A stretch of 64,000 nt of DNA, taken from the NCBI GenBank assembly GCA_964016885.1, contig OZ024744.1:111662001-111726000 (forward strand), given 5' to 3'. Below the pieces are notes generated by a model. It was given only the letters and a program-made list of their open reading frames with translations. It had not been told where the DNA came from and ran no database searches. Every line of letters begins with the position of its first letter. Positions within the stretch are counted from its first letter, which is position 1. This DNA comes from Eledone cirrhosa. Lineage: Eukaryota. This document shows, in pieces, positions 25,550-40,402 of this stretch. The translations under genes were made by a program, and so were the position numbers.

Positions 25550-27454
25550 TACATATACACATACACACACGCACACATATATATATACGCACATACATAT
25601 AAACATATACACACACATCCACATGCATACACATACAACAAAACTACAAAAAATTAGAAAAATGAATCTCAAAAGTACATAATCCACGTACATACGTACA
25701 CATATGCATGCGCACACACGCACGCAATAAAAAAAATCAACACACGCATACAAATAAACATATACGTAAATCTATACACACAAACAAATACATACATACG
25801 TATATATACATATATATACAAACACATATATATACACACACACACACACACAAATAAAAAAACCTATATAAGTACACATAAGCCTGTATGTGTATGCGCC
25901 CACATATAACCTCATGTGAGTATGCTTAAAAACCTAGTGTGTAAGTAAGGACAAAAGGGAGTGAAACTGAAATAAAATAATAAAAATAATTATTAAGAAC
26001 AGGTAAGGGGGGAAAGGGGTGTAAAGGTTGTAGTAGAGAGTAAGTGTTTGCGATGAGATCCGGATAAGGATATATAGTTAAAAAGTGATCTGGGTAAAGG
26101 ATAAAGGCAGTGGGTGTATATGTATTAAGGTATGGTAGATAGTAGGGGGGTGGGGTGGATTACGAGTCAAATGATATATAGAAAGAGATGAGGGAGAAAA
26201 AGTATATATTGGTAGAAAGTATGTGTTCATAAGGTAATGAAATTGGTAGTGAATGGAAGGCGTGATAAGTAAAGAAGCTCAAGGTGGTTGAGTAATCGTT
26301 GGTATATTAATCCAGTTAAAAAGTAGATGCGATTTCAGATGTGGGCAACATCTAAATATCTCGGTCTTAGAGTTGAGACAAGTGGTAGGAGTTTTCAAGT
26401 TTTGGATAATTCTAAATTTTTCCGTAGTACACAAAGAACATTTCTTTGTGTCCTTTTGGTATTCTCTTGAATGGTCTAAAATAGATCAATCAATAGTGTA
26501 CGGAATGTTTTTGTCTTTGAATTCCCACACTTTATTTGCCAGCGCCGTTGCTGTTCTTTTTTCGGGATGTTTGAAAGAAGCGACATGTGCATAATACCTG
26601 GTTTTAAATCTCTCCTGAGTCATGCCAACATATCGTTCACTCCTGGCTGGCTGGTTATTAATCATCGGTGTCAATTTGGCCTCATACATAATGGATTTGG
26701 TATTACATTTACCCTGTAATGGGCATTCTTCCAGTTTCCTGCAGCTGCATCCTGGATTTCCTCTAGTACCATTTGAGTTGGTAATTTTAGTTTTCATTGA
26801 TGGGCAGCAAGAGTAATTGATTTTAACTATATTTCTATTGAATATCTTATATCTATGATTAGGGAGAAAATGTTTGTCAAGGTCGAAGAATTTCCTTCCT
26901 ACATTAGTTTTAACAGTTAGAGAGAAGGGAGTGTAAACCAAATAATTTATCTTTTCCTGTTATTGTGTTTAGTGTTAGAAAGAGGAGTAGGTAAATATTT
27001 AATTTGTTTGGTGAAGCCACTGTTAATGAGGGCTTTATTATAATAAGGTACGGCTTTGTTAAAAATGTCAATAGATGAAGATAAGGTAGAAATCCTACGG
27101 CTAATATTAGGAATAAGATTTTTAAAGACTATAGGGGGATGGCAAGACTCTTTGTGTATATATCTAAGATTTTCATTAGGTTTATGATAAGGTTTAAAAG
27201 AGGCAGTAAGTAGGTCAAGATTAATGTCAAGAAAGTTAGTATTAGTAAGATTCGTATCTATAGTAATTTTTAGGTTTAAGTTAGCAAAAGTATTGATTAA
27301 GTCTTTACGGAATTTATCAAGGTTATGGCCGTTGGTGGTATGAGAAACTGCCAATCTGTCATCTCGGTATAAACCGATATTATGAGAAGGTTACGTGTGG
27401 GTGCATACACATACAGGCTTATGTGTACTTACATATATACATTTTTTATTTAGA

Positions 27455-27556
<102 letters not shown>

Positions 27557-27577
27557 GCTATGTATATATTAACACAT

Positions 27578-27922
27578 GGAGGCACATGGCTTAGTGGTTA
27601 GAGCATTGGGCTTGCAATCGAAAGGTTGTGAGTTCAATTCTGAGACCAGGTGATGTGTTGTTTCCTTGAGCAAGACACTTTATTTCATATTGCTCCAGTT
27701 TACTCAGCTGTAGAAATGAGATGATAGGGACTGGGGTCCATATCATTCCACTGCAAAGTGGTCGTGGAGGTGACATGGAAAAAAAGCACCCAGCACTCAC
27801 TGTAAATGAGGTTGGTGTTAGGAAGGGCATCCAGCTGTAGAAATCAAGCCAGCATCAATTCCCGTCCCACCCTTGCAAGCAGGGAAAAGCGGACGTAAAA
27901 TGAAATGATGAAATAATGATGA
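27578..27922 (+). mobile_element. SINE family 1 copy
   Basis: Homology to the 2691 element. Confidence 0.9.
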
Positions 27923-27929
27923 TATATTA

Positions 27930-30708
27930 ACACATGGAATGTAATTGGAAGGCATGGGGTAGGGTGGGAAAGTGTAGCAACAATGGTATGCTCCTGCTGC
28001 AGATGTGTGAGGAGCTGGATCTGTGTGTTACCAACAGCATGTTCCAACAAAAGAACAAATTTAAGACCACATGGATGCATCCTGCATCTAAGTAATGGCA
28101 TCTTTTGGACTACGTCCTAGTCAGGATGCGTGACAGACAGGATGTGCAGTGTGTTCGTGCTCTTCGTGGAGCTGAGTGCTGGACGGACCATCGCCTGGTA
28201 CGCGCAAAGGTGAAACTAATCACTAAACGTAAAATTCGGGTTCCTAGTGTTGCCTTGGCCAGAAGATTGAATGCTGCTCGTCTTAAGGATGAAAATGTGA
28301 ACCACAGGAGAAGAATATGTTGCATAAGGAACTCAAGGATGTGAAATCACGTGTTAGGCGGAGTCTTTCTCAGATGAAGGATCAGTGGTGGAGTGAGAAG
28401 GCTGATGAAATACAAACTGTCAGATTCCAATAACACTAAGCTGGTGTACAGTCTCTTGCGTGAAGTTTATGGACCGTCTTCTTCCCTGGTGACATCGCTT
28501 CGCAGCAAGGATGGCAAAGAACTTCTTCGTGACTCACAACGAATTCTACGAAGGTGGCGAGAGCACTTTGATGATCTTTTGAATGAGCCGTCTGTCGTCA
28601 ATGAAGATTTCCTCAATCTCATTCCAGAAAGTCCTGTGAAAGTAGCCCTCGCAGAACCTCCGACGCTTGTGGAGGTTGCAGTGGCTATCTCGAAGCTGAA
28701 CAGTGGAAGGTCTCCAGGTATGGATGGCATACATGCTGAGCTCTTACAATATGGTGTTGAGAGACTCCTGCAACATCTTCACTCTTTGTTTGGCAGGATA
28801 TGGGCTAATGAATCCGTACCTGAGGACTGGAGAGATGCAGTAATGGTGGTCCAAGGGAAAGAGTAACAGGAATGATTGTGGGAACTACAGAGGTATATCA
28901 TTGCTTTCTACATAAAACTTTCAGGGAAAGTTTTATGTAGGGTGCTTCTGGACCGTCTGCTGACACACATTGCAGATTGTGTTCTTCCTGAAAGTCAATC
29001 TGGTTTTCGTGCTGGACGCGGCACTACTGATATGATCTCAGCTAGACAGCTCCAGGAGAAGTGCATGGAACAAGGTTTGGATCTGTATCAGGTTTTTGTC
29101 GATCTGACAAAAGCTTTCGATACTGTTAACAGAGATGCATTGTGGAAGGTTCTTCAGAAATTTGGTTGCCCTGATAAGTTCCTTGCTTTAGTTAGGTCTT
29201 TCCATGACGACATGAAGGCTTGGTTTAATGTCGGAGCCTATCTCAGTAAAAAATGAAGTGAAACAGGGGGATATTCCAGCACCGACCCTTTGCAATGGTT
29301 TTCTGTATTGCAATCAGGAATTGCGAGCATGGTGTTTACATCCGATATCGAACCTCAGGCAGCATATTTAACATCAATCATAAGAGACCTCTTGTATGCA
29401 GATGATTGCGATCTTGTAGCGCACACAGAGAGTGATATGCAGCACATTTTGAATGCATTTTCTGATGCTTTCACTGCCCTAGATTGTCTGTCAGTCTCAA
29501 GAAAACCGTTGTCATGTACCAACCTGCCCTTGGTAAGCAGTACAGTGAACCAAATACCTATGTGTATGGTAAACGACTTGGAGTGGTTGATCAGTTTGTC
29601 TACCTGGGAAGCACTGTCAATCGATACAGCAACCTTGACAGTGAAATCTCACTTAGGATTAGGAAATCAAGTGATGCTTTCAGAAAGCTAGAAAGGCGAC
29701 TCTGGGGTCGGTGAGACATATGCAGGAGGACAAAGGTAAGGGTGTACAAGGCATGTGTGCTCTCTTCTCTTCTTTATGCCTGCGAGACCTGGGTCACATT
29801 TCGACACCACCTTAAGTAATTGGAGCGTTTCCATCAGATGTGTCTCAGACGGATCCATGGCGTTCACTGGAGGGACCACATCAGTGATGTCGAGATTTTG
29901 GGAAGCTCTATGTGTGACAGAATAGAAGCTCTTGTGCTTAAGCAACAACTCCGTTGGAGTGGTCACCTTGCCAGGATGAAAGATTCTAGAATACCAAAAG
30001 AACTCTTTTATGAAGAGTTAGTTAAAGGAAAACGACCGCCACATAAACCAAAAAAAGAGGTATAAGGATTCCTTGAAGGCCTCTTTGAAAGGCGCTAACA
30101 TCTCTGCTGATACATGGGAAAATATTGCTGCTGATCCTAATAAATGGAGAAAGACTGTATATGAGGGAAAAGTTGCCTTTGAGGCATCTCGAATTGCATA
30201 CGAGAAAGTAAAGCGGAATGTGGGGAAGGGCATTGCTGTTGCACTTCCAGACAGCGAGACTCTGCCTAAGCAAAGCTGGACTCGAAAGTCATCTTCACAG
30301 TCATAAAGTAACCAGTGGTTGACTACCAGGCTGCTGTTGGAGATGCTACTCATCATGCTTGCCAAGCATGTGGTAGAGAATGTAAATCAGCAGGAGGGCT
30401 CAAGCGACATGCAAAAGTACATGAACTCCAACCACAGCCGGCTATTCCCAGTGAATGTTTTGGTTGCCGACTCTGTGCAAAACATTTTTGATCATTGGCT
30501 GGGCTAAAAAGCCACATTCGATCGCAGCGGTGATAATTGCTACCGTGTGTGTATAGATACGTTTATGTGTGTGCATATATATATATATGTATATTATTAT
30601 TGTTGTTGTTGTCATTATTATTGTTGTTATTATTATTATTATATTTTTTTTCTTTTCTTTTCTTTCTCGTGCAATGGCCATACTCGATAACGAGGGGGCA
30701 GCCATCAT
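27930..30708 (+). mobile_element. BovB-like RTE LINE, decayed, with C-terminal C2H2 fingers
   Basis: TWMHP, LDYVLVR, GAECWTDHRLV, LPESQSGFRAGRGTTDM, FVDLTKAFDTV, LLYADD, QLRWSGHLARM, terminal CxxC...H fingers. Many frameshifts. Confidence 0.92.
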
Positions 30709-30744
30709 ATATATATAAATATACACACACATATATATATATAC

Positions 30745-32864
30745 AAGATTGCGAGGCAGTGTGTCAGAGAGAATTGTGATGTCATTGGAGAGAAGTGTAT
30801 CCGGAATGATAAAGGTGAGCTTGCCCTCACAAGTGCTGAGAAGAAAGATGCATGGAAGAGTCATTATGATAGATTACTAATTGAGGAGAATGCATGGAAA
30901 GAAGAGACCCTACCCCAAGTAGACCCTATAGAGGGGCCAGCAGTACAAGTCAGCAGCAGCGTAGTAAGGCAATCAAAGATATGAAGATGGGGAGGGCAAC
31001 CGGTCCATCGGGTATAGCTGCCGAGATGCTGAAGGCATCTGGGTCTGTAGGTCACACTATAACCACACGTATTGTTAACCAGGTAATACTAGAAGGTGTC
31101 ATACCAAAAGATTGGTGCAGTAGCATCATTGTCAACTGCTACAAAGGTAAAGGTGATGCACTCGATAGAGGAAACTATAGAGTTATAAAGCTGATGGACC
31201 AGGTCATGAAAGTAACAGAAAGAGTTATAGCACAGTTAATTAGGGACCGGGTGAAACTAGATGAGATGCAATTTGGGTTTGTACCAGGAAGAGGCACCAC
31301 TGATGCCCTCTTCCATGTGAGGCAGTTACAAGAAAAGTACCTAGCTAAAAGTAAGCCACTCTACCTGGCATTCGTCGATCTCGAGAAAGCCTTTGACAGA
31401 GTTCCACGTGCTGTAATCTGGTGGACTCTTAGAAAACTAGGAGTAGATGAATGGCTTGTGAAAGCTGTACAAGCCATGTATAGGGGAGCAGTCAGCAAAG
31501 TTAGGATTAGCAATGAGTATAGCGAGGAATTTAGCGTACAGGTTGGGGTCCACCAGGGCTCTGTTCTTAGCCTTCTCCTGTCCATCATAATCCTGCAGGC
31601 AATAATGGAAGAGTTTAAGACTGGATGCCCAATGGGAACTCCTGTATGCTGATGACCTCGCACTTATAGCTGAATCTATGGTAGAACTAGAGAAGAAATT
31701 TCAAACTTGGAAGCAGGGACTAGAAAGAAAGGGTCTCAAAGTCAACATGACAAAGACTAAGGTCCTTGTAAGTAGACGAGAAAACAGAACCCAGATCCCC
31801 TCAGGGAAATGGCCTTGCTCAGTATGTAGGAACTCCATTCTCTGCCCCAAATGCAAACAATGGGTACACAAGAGATGTAGCGGGATCTCAGGAAGCTTAA
31901 TTAAGAATGTAGGCTTCACATGCAGCAGCTGTGCTGGGACAGAAAGCAGCAAACAGCCACAGGAAACAAGAACCACCAATCTCTGGGAGGGCTCTGTAGA
32001 GACAGTAGACAGCTTCTGCTACCTAGGTGACCGAATTAGCAGCGGAGGTGGGTGTTCAGAAAGTACAATAACTAGGGTAAGAATGGGATGGAAGAAGTTC
32101 AGGGAACTACTGCCACTGCTAGCTGCAAAAGGCTTCTCCCTCAAAATGAAAGGCAGACTGCATGATGCGTGTATCCGTACACCAATGTTACATGGTAGTG
32201 AGACCTGGGCGCTGAAGGTGGAAGACTTATGTAGATTAGAGAGAAACGAAGCCTGCATGCTCCGATGGATGTGTAACAGTAATATACGCGAACGACAAAG
32301 CATAAATGAATTGAGAGAGATACTGAGCATAAGAGGAATCAAATGATGTGTGCAGGAGAGGCGGTTGCGTTGGTATGGACATGTGATGCGCATGATGGAT
32401 GACAGCTGCATAAAAAGGTGCAGACCACTAGAAGTCGATGGAAACCGCGGAGTGGGGAGACCCAAGATGACCAGGGATGAGGTGATAAAAGCCGACCTTA
32501 CCCAATTACACCTCTCAAATTACACCTCTGGCGTCATGCAGTAATACAGAGTACCCGACCTCCCATGGTTACAAGCTGAAGCATATAGACAATATGCCCC
32601 CACACCCTCCCACTCCAAGGTGGTCGTGGAGGTGCCACTGCAAAAAAGCACCCAGCCCACACTGTAAAGTGGACGTGTAGGGGCCACGAAAAAGCACCCA
32701 GCACTCACTGTAAATGAGGTTGGTGTTAGGAAGGGCATCCAGCTGTAGAAATCAAGCCAAAATCAATTCCTGTATGAGCAAGGCATGGTCAGCCGACCAG
32801 ACACTGCCCACAACAGGACAACCCGTCTAACCCATGCTAGCATGGCAAAACGGACGTCAAACGG

Positions 32865-32893
<29 letters not shown>
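30745..32893 (+). mobile_element. RTE LINE, 5'-truncated (RT + 3' UTR), related subfamily
   Basis: MQFGFVPGRGTTDALF, AFVDLEKAFDRV, HQGSVLS, CPKCKQWVHKRC, RRLRWYGHV, (GAT)n tail. Confidence 0.93.
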
Positions 32894-32895
<2 letters not shown>

Positions 32896-33314
32896 ATGTG
32901 TACGTATATATATGTGTTTGTATATATATATATATGTATATATATACGTATGTATGTATTTGTTTATATGTATGCCTTTGCTTGTATATATGTTTTTGTG
33001 TATATGAGTATATGTGTTTATATGTGCGTATAGATTTACGTATGCTTATTTGTATGCGTGTGGTTGATTTCTTAATGTGTGCGTGCGCATGCGTATGTGT
33101 ACGTATGTACGTGGGTTATGTACTTTTGAGATTCATGTTTCTAATTTTTTGTAGTTTTTTTGTATGTGTATGCAGGCGGATGTGTGTGTATGTTTGTATG
33201 TATGTGTATATATATGTGTGTGTGTATGTGTGTGTATATGTATGTATATATATATATATATATGTGTGTATATGTATATTTATATATATGTATGCACATG
33301 TATGTGTATGTATA

Positions 33315-33357
<43 letters not shown>

Positions 33358-33566
33358 GCGTGTGTGTGTTTGCATGCATGTATAGGTATATATGCATGCA
33401 TATGTGTATGTATGTGTGTGTATATATATATATATATGTAAGTATATGCATATTTTGTGTATTTGTTTGTACTTATTCCGCCCCTCCCTCCACACACTCA
33501 TATCATTGTCAACACGCCCCCCCCCCCTTTTTACTTTATTTTGTTTTTGATTTTGATCTTTACTTT

Positions 33567-33601
<35 letters not shown>

Positions 33602-33819
33602 GGGTAAATTTTCAATCGCATATATTTTTATTGTTTGACCTGAATTACTTGGTCGTTTCTATGGCTGTGCGGCTGATTGGTTTAACCATCGTCTCAGTGT
33701 GTTTGGCCTTTAACGTATGTTGTAGTTCTGGTTCATTCTGAATCATCGAGCGCTTGCCACACATCCCGGAGGTTGATTTTCGTTAATTCTTAAGCCGAAA
33801 TACGATTCTCGTTTTTTTA

Positions 33820-33852
33820 TTTATATATATATATAATATATAATATATATAT

Positions 33853-33885
<33 letters not shown>

Positions 33886-34146
33886 AATATATAATATATA
33901 TATAATATATATATAATATATATATAATATATATATATAAATATATAATATATATATATATAATATATATATAATATATATATATATATAATATATATAT
34001 ATATATAATATATATATATATATAATATATATATATATAATATATATATATATATAATATATATATATATATAATATATATATATATAATATATATATAA
34101 TATATATATATAATATATATATAATATATATATATAATATATATAT

Positions 34147-34192
<46 letters not shown>

Positions 34193-34206
34193 TATATATA
34201 TATATA
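33820..34206. repeat. Long interrupted (TA)n tract
   Basis: Pure A/T sequence with AA interruptions. Confidence 0.95.
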
Positions 34207-37200
34207 TCATCATCATCATCATCATCAACGTTTAACGTCCGTGTTCCACGCTTGCATGGGTTTGGACGGGGGTTTTCCCACTTGAGGCAAGAGTGATTGT
34301 CTTGCTCGCATAGGACTGTCTGGCAGGTTTTCTACAGTTGGATGCCCTTCCTAACACCAACCACATTTACAGTGTGGGTCTGGGAGGTTTTTACCGTGTT
34401 GCCTACACGGCCACATTACAGCGTGGACTGTGTGTTTTTTTGTCGTGACACCTACACGATCTCATTTGTTTCGGCCTCGATGGCGCGGCACCAACATAAC
34501 TTTACATAGAACGGGGTGGTGTGGATCGGGTGGGGGTGGGGGTGGTGGGACGGGGTGTATTTTGTTAGAGATGCCTAATGGCTGGAGTAGGTTTTACTAT
34601 ATATTTAGGTAAGGCGGGTCTTCTCTGTTACTGAGTACCGCCAAAGGTCTCGGTCCAGTGACATTGTCTTGGAGAGGTGTAAGTGTGTGATGTCGGAGTT
34701 TATCAGCTCGTCCCAGGTTTTTCTAGGTCTGCCTATTCCGTGACTACCGTCTATCTTTATTGCCCTGCACTTTGTTATACAGCTATCGACTTTCATGCAC
34801 ATCACGTGTCCATACCAACGTAGCCTTCTCTCGAGTAAACAACATCTGATCCCTCTTATCTCTAATTTATTCCTTAGTTCGTTTATGCTTTGCCGTTCAC
34901 GTATATTACTGTTACACATCCAGCGGAGCATGCAAGCTTCGTTCCTCTCTAGTCTGCGTATATCCTCTGCACACAATGCCCAGGTCTCACTGCCATGCAG
35001 CATTGCTGTTCGTATGCAGGCATCGTACAACCTGCCTTTCATTTTTAGTGAGAACCCTTTAGCAGCTAATAGTGGTATAAGCTCTCTGAACTTTTTCCAA
35101 CCAGTTCTGACTCTAGCTACAGTACTTTCAGAGCACCCTCCCCCACTGCTGATTTTATCGCCCAGGTAACGGAAGCTGTCCACTATTTCTATAGAACCCT
35201 CTGCGCAATTGAAAGAGCTAGTAGTTTGTGGGCACTTGCTGCTACTTATTGCCCCAGAGCACCGGCCACATGTAAAATCTATGTTCTTAGTTAGCTTACC
35301 TGTGATCCCACTACATCTTTTATGCACCCATACTTTGCATTTAGGACATAAAATGGAGTTTCTACCTACGCCTTTCCTACACACCGAGCACGACCATTTC
35401 CCAGAAGGGACCGCCGCCTTGTTTTCTTTCCTACAAACTAGTACTTTGGTCTTAGCCAGGTTAATTTTAAGTCCTTTTGACTCTAGGCCGTGCTTCCATG
35501 TTTGGAATTTCTTCTCTAGCTCGGCCATTGATTCCGCTATGAGTGTCAGGTCGTCTGCGTATAGGAGTTCCCATGGGCAGCCTGTCTTGAACTCCTCTGT
35601 TATAGCCTGAAGGGCAATAATAAATAGTAGTGGACTGAGAACAGAGCCCTGATGGACGCCGACTTTTACGCTAAACTCTTCACTATATTCGTTGTTAATT
35701 CTAACCTTGCTGACTGTTTCTTTATACATGGCTTGTATAGCCCTCACAAGCCATTCGTCAACGCCTAGTTTTCTAAGAGCCCACCAGATAATGGAGCGGG
35801 GGACTCTGTCGAAGGCTTTCTCCAAGTCGACAAAAGCTAAGTAGAGGGGTTTACGTTTAGCTAGGTACTTCTCCTGTAGTTGTCGTACTATGAAAAGAGC
35901 GTCTGTGGTACTTTTGCCTGACACAAACCCGAACTGCATTTCATCTAGGTCAATTCTCTCTCTGATTAGTTGCGCTATTACTCTTTCCGTGACCTTCATG
36001 ACCTGGTCGATTAATTTAATGCCTCTATAGTTACTCCTATCTAGGGCGTCTCCTTTACCCTTATAACAGTTAACGATGATGCTGCTATGCCAGTCCTTCG
36101 GAACAACCCCGTTCTGTACGACTTGGTTAACTATGCGGGTGACCATGGTGTGTCCCACCGTGCCAGATGCCTTCAGCATCTCAGCAACTATTTCCGAAGG
36201 CCCAGCCGCCTTAGCAGTCTTCATATCCTTGATTGCCTTACTTATTATACTCCCCTCGACTAACACTGCTGGTCCCTCTATTGGGTCGATATGGGGGAGA
36301 CTGCCTTTCTCCCAATTATTCTCCTCATTTAGAAGCCTTTCATAGTGACACTTCCAAGCTACCTTCTTATCAGCGTCGGTGATGGCAAGTGTGCCATCGT
36401 CGTTTAGTACACACTTCTCCCCGACAATATCACGGTTTTCCTTGACGCATTGCCTAGCAATCCTGAACACCTCACGTTTTTGGTCATCGCGTTGTAGAAC
36501 ATGCTTGAACTTTCTTTCCTCAGCTTCCCTTCTTGCTAAGTACACTTGTCTCCTAGCTTCCCTCCTGGCCACTTGATAGTCCTCTCTACTTCCCCCATCC
36601 CGCCATACTTTCCAAGCCTGCTTTTTGGCCTTAATTGACCCCTCCACCTTACTGTTCCACCACCATGTTACTCTCCTCCTGCCTACAGGCCTGCTCCAGC
36701 CACAGACCTCGTCTGTCGCCAACAGCAGGTTTGCTTTCAGAAATTCCCACTCTCCCTCTATATTGTCCGACTCTAAATGTTCTTCCTTACTGTCGAAAGC
36801 ATCAAGTAATATGCTTTGAAATTTATTCCTGGCTGTGGGGTCCTTTAGCTTCCATATTTTCCTCCTGAGGATAGTCCTCTTCTGTTGTCGAGTACGTCTC
36901 GTCCTGACTATGAGGTCGCTAATTATCAGTCTATGTTGGGAGGTGCATTCTTCATGGGGGAGGGATTTAGTGTTAACAACAGACACTCTGTCACGTCTTC
37001 TGGTAAGGATATAATCTACCTGGCTTGTGTGTTCCCCGGATCTATAGGTGATCAGGTGATTGTCACGTTTTTTGAAGTTAGTGTTACAGATAGTTAGGTT
37101 ATTTGCATCACAGAATTCCAGGATTCTGGAGCCTTCCTCATTTCTAGTACCAAACCCATAGCCTCCATGGATTTCGTCGTAGCCGTCACAATGTTGTCCA

Positions 37201-37571
37201 ACGTGACCATTTAGGTCGCCTGCGATAATTATATAGTCACTGTCGGATATTTGGGAGGTAGTTAGCATCAGTGTCTCATAGAATCTGTCTTTTATAGTGC
37301 CGGGCAGTCCGGATTGGGGTGCGTACGCAGATATTACTGTCACCGTAGTTCTATTGAGGACAAGTCGTATTTTAATTATTCTGTCGTTCACTCTATTTAC
37401 GTCTATTATCTTATCTGCCCACTTTTCTGCTACCATGATTCCTACTCCACCCAGCCCATCGTCGTTTCCCACCCAGAAAAGCTTATAACAACGTTTTTTA
37501 CCCTCAATGAACCTAGCAGACCCACCCCTCCACCTGGTCTCTTGAATACAACAAACATCGACCTCCTTACG
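34207..37571 (-). mobile_element. Young RTE LINE with an uninterrupted 988-codon ORF (37571-34605), 5'-truncated inside the APE domain
   Basis: RKEVDVCCIQETRW...SAYAPQ...GDLNGHVG...VDYIL...FVDLEKAFDRV...HQGSVLSP...LYADDL...CSVC/CPKC/HKRC/CGRC...FRYLG, no stops. 3' UTR 34604-34207 with (GAT)n. Confidence 0.97.
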
Positions 37572-38324
<753 letters not shown>

Positions 38325-38326
<2 letters not shown>

Positions 38327-38663
38327 AGGCACATGGCTTAGTGGTTAAGGCTTGCAATCGAAAGGTTGTGAGTTCAATTCTCAGACCGGGTGATGTGTTG
38401 TTTCCTTGAGCAAGACACTTTATTTCACATTGCTCCAGTTTACTCAGCTGTAGAAATGAGATGATAGGGACTGGGGTCCATATCATTCCACTGCAGAGTG
38501 GTCGTGGAGGCGCCACTGAGAAAAAGCGCCCAGCACTCACTGTAAATGAGGTTGGTGTTAGGAAGGGCATCCAGCTGTAGAAATCAAGCCAGCATCAGTT
38601 CCCGTCCCACCCTTGCAAGCAGGGAAAAGGCGGCCGTAAAATGAAATGATGATGATGATGATG
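38325..38663 (+). mobile_element. SINE family 1 copy
   Basis: Homology to the 2691 element. Confidence 0.9.
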
Positions 38664-38679
38664 ATATATATATATATAT

Positions 38680-38905
38680 GGAGGCACATGGCTTAGTGGT
38701 TAAGGCTTGCAATCGAAAGGTTGTGAGTTCAATTCTCGCACCGGGTGATGTGTTGTTTCCTTGAGCAAGACACTTTATTTCACGTTGCTCCAGTTTACTC
38801 AGCTGTGGGATGGCGTTAACTTATGGCTAAAACACCACGACGTGCTGTGACCAGCGGCGCCGATTGGCGCCCAACAGACTGGTCGGTCAAGGTGATCAAG
38901 GTGAT
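38680..38905 (+). mobile_element. SINE family 1 head with an alternative 3' tail ending in (CAAGGTGAT)2
   Basis: Same head and body up to CTCAGCTGT (38807), then an unrelated GC-rich tail. Confidence 0.75.
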
Positions 38906-38913
38906 ATATATAT

Positions 38914-38956
<43 letters not shown>

Positions 38957-39342
38957 TTTTTTGTTATTTATTTAGTTATTCCTGTTTCCTATCTACTGTC
39001 CATATTTGTGTGTACATTTTTGAGTGCATATATATGTGTGTATATGTATGTGTATGTATTTATGTATATATCTGTGTATATGTATGTGTATATTTTTATG
39101 TATATATCTGTGTATGTATTTATGTATATATCTGTATATATGTATGTGTATGTATTTATGTATATATCTGTGTATATGTATGTGTATATTTTTATGTATA
39201 TATCTGTGTATGTATTTATGTTCCTGTCCGTTTTTCTATGTAGCTGCAAATACACTTATGTGAGAAAGTATCCGTCTACGCACTTTTTAGTATATGCGCG
39301 TAGTTGAGTGTGTGTATGTTTGCGTTCTGGATATTTATATTT

Positions 39343-39875
39343 TTAGACGGTAGCCACGGAATAGGCAGACCTAGAAAAACCTGGGACGAGCTGATAAACT
39401 CCGACCTCACACACTTACACTTCTCCAAGACAATGTCACTGGACCGAGACCTTTGGCGGTACTCAGTAACAGAGAAGACCCGCCTTACCTAAATACATAG
39501 TAAAACCTACTACAGCCAGTAGGCATCTCTAACAAAATACCCCCCCCACCCCACCCCATCCACGCCACCCCGTTCTATGTAAAGTTATGTTGGTGCCACA
39601 CCATCCAGGCCGAAACAAATGAGATCGTGTAGGTGTCACGACAAAAAAACACACAGTCCTCGCTGTAATGTGGCCGTGTAGGCAACACGGTAAAAACCTC
39701 CCAGACCCACACTGTAAATGTGGTTGGTGTTAGGAAGGGCATCCAACTGTAGAAAACCTGCCAGACAGTCCTATGCGAGCAAGACAATCACTCTTGCCTC
39801 AAGTGGGACTACCCCCGTCCAAACCCATGCAAGCGTGGAACACGGACGTTAAACGTTGATGATGATGATGATGAT
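39343..39875 (+). mobile_element. RTE LINE 3' fragment
   Basis: Near-identical to the reverse complement of 34207-34752. Confidence 0.92.
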
Positions 39876-39988
39876 ATATATATATTTTTTATTTTTTTCC
39901 CCTTTTTGCCCGTTTTTTTCAGCCTCACTTTCATATTTCCTAAATTTTGTTTTCAAATCCATATTTAATAAATACACCATGTTTTTTA

Positions 39989-40049
39989 TTCATTCTGACG
40001 ACTGAAGACAGACACAACATCTGTCTTCAAGAAACCATTGGTAAATGAA
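39989..40049 (+). ncRNA. Type I hammerhead ribozyme (PLE copy B)
   Basis: UUCAUU-CUGACGA-CUGAAGACAGA CACAACA UCUGUCUUCAA-GAAACC AUU GGUA-AAUGAA. Confidence 0.85.
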
Positions 40050-40079
40050 ATAATTATCTTATGTTGTTTATTACATAAC

Positions 40080-40111
<32 letters not shown>

Positions 40112-40287
40112 TATTATAGTTGAATATATATATATATATAAATTAGTATTGGTGCTCTGAAATAGCGATGTATACATGAATCTATGTATAGTATATTTGG
40201 CAATATACTTATGTTTAATTAAAAACATTTAGAAGACCATTCACCATGAGTTTTAAAGTAGTGACTATGTCACTTACTTATTCTCGG

Positions 40288-40381
<94 letters not shown>

Positions 40382-40402
40382 CTGGCAAGATGTAAGACCA
40401 AC

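Noticed and set aside
33640-33705. Minus-strand CUGAGACGA...GAAAC as a hammerhead
   Set aside because: Core spacing is wrong and stems I and III do not close convincingly.
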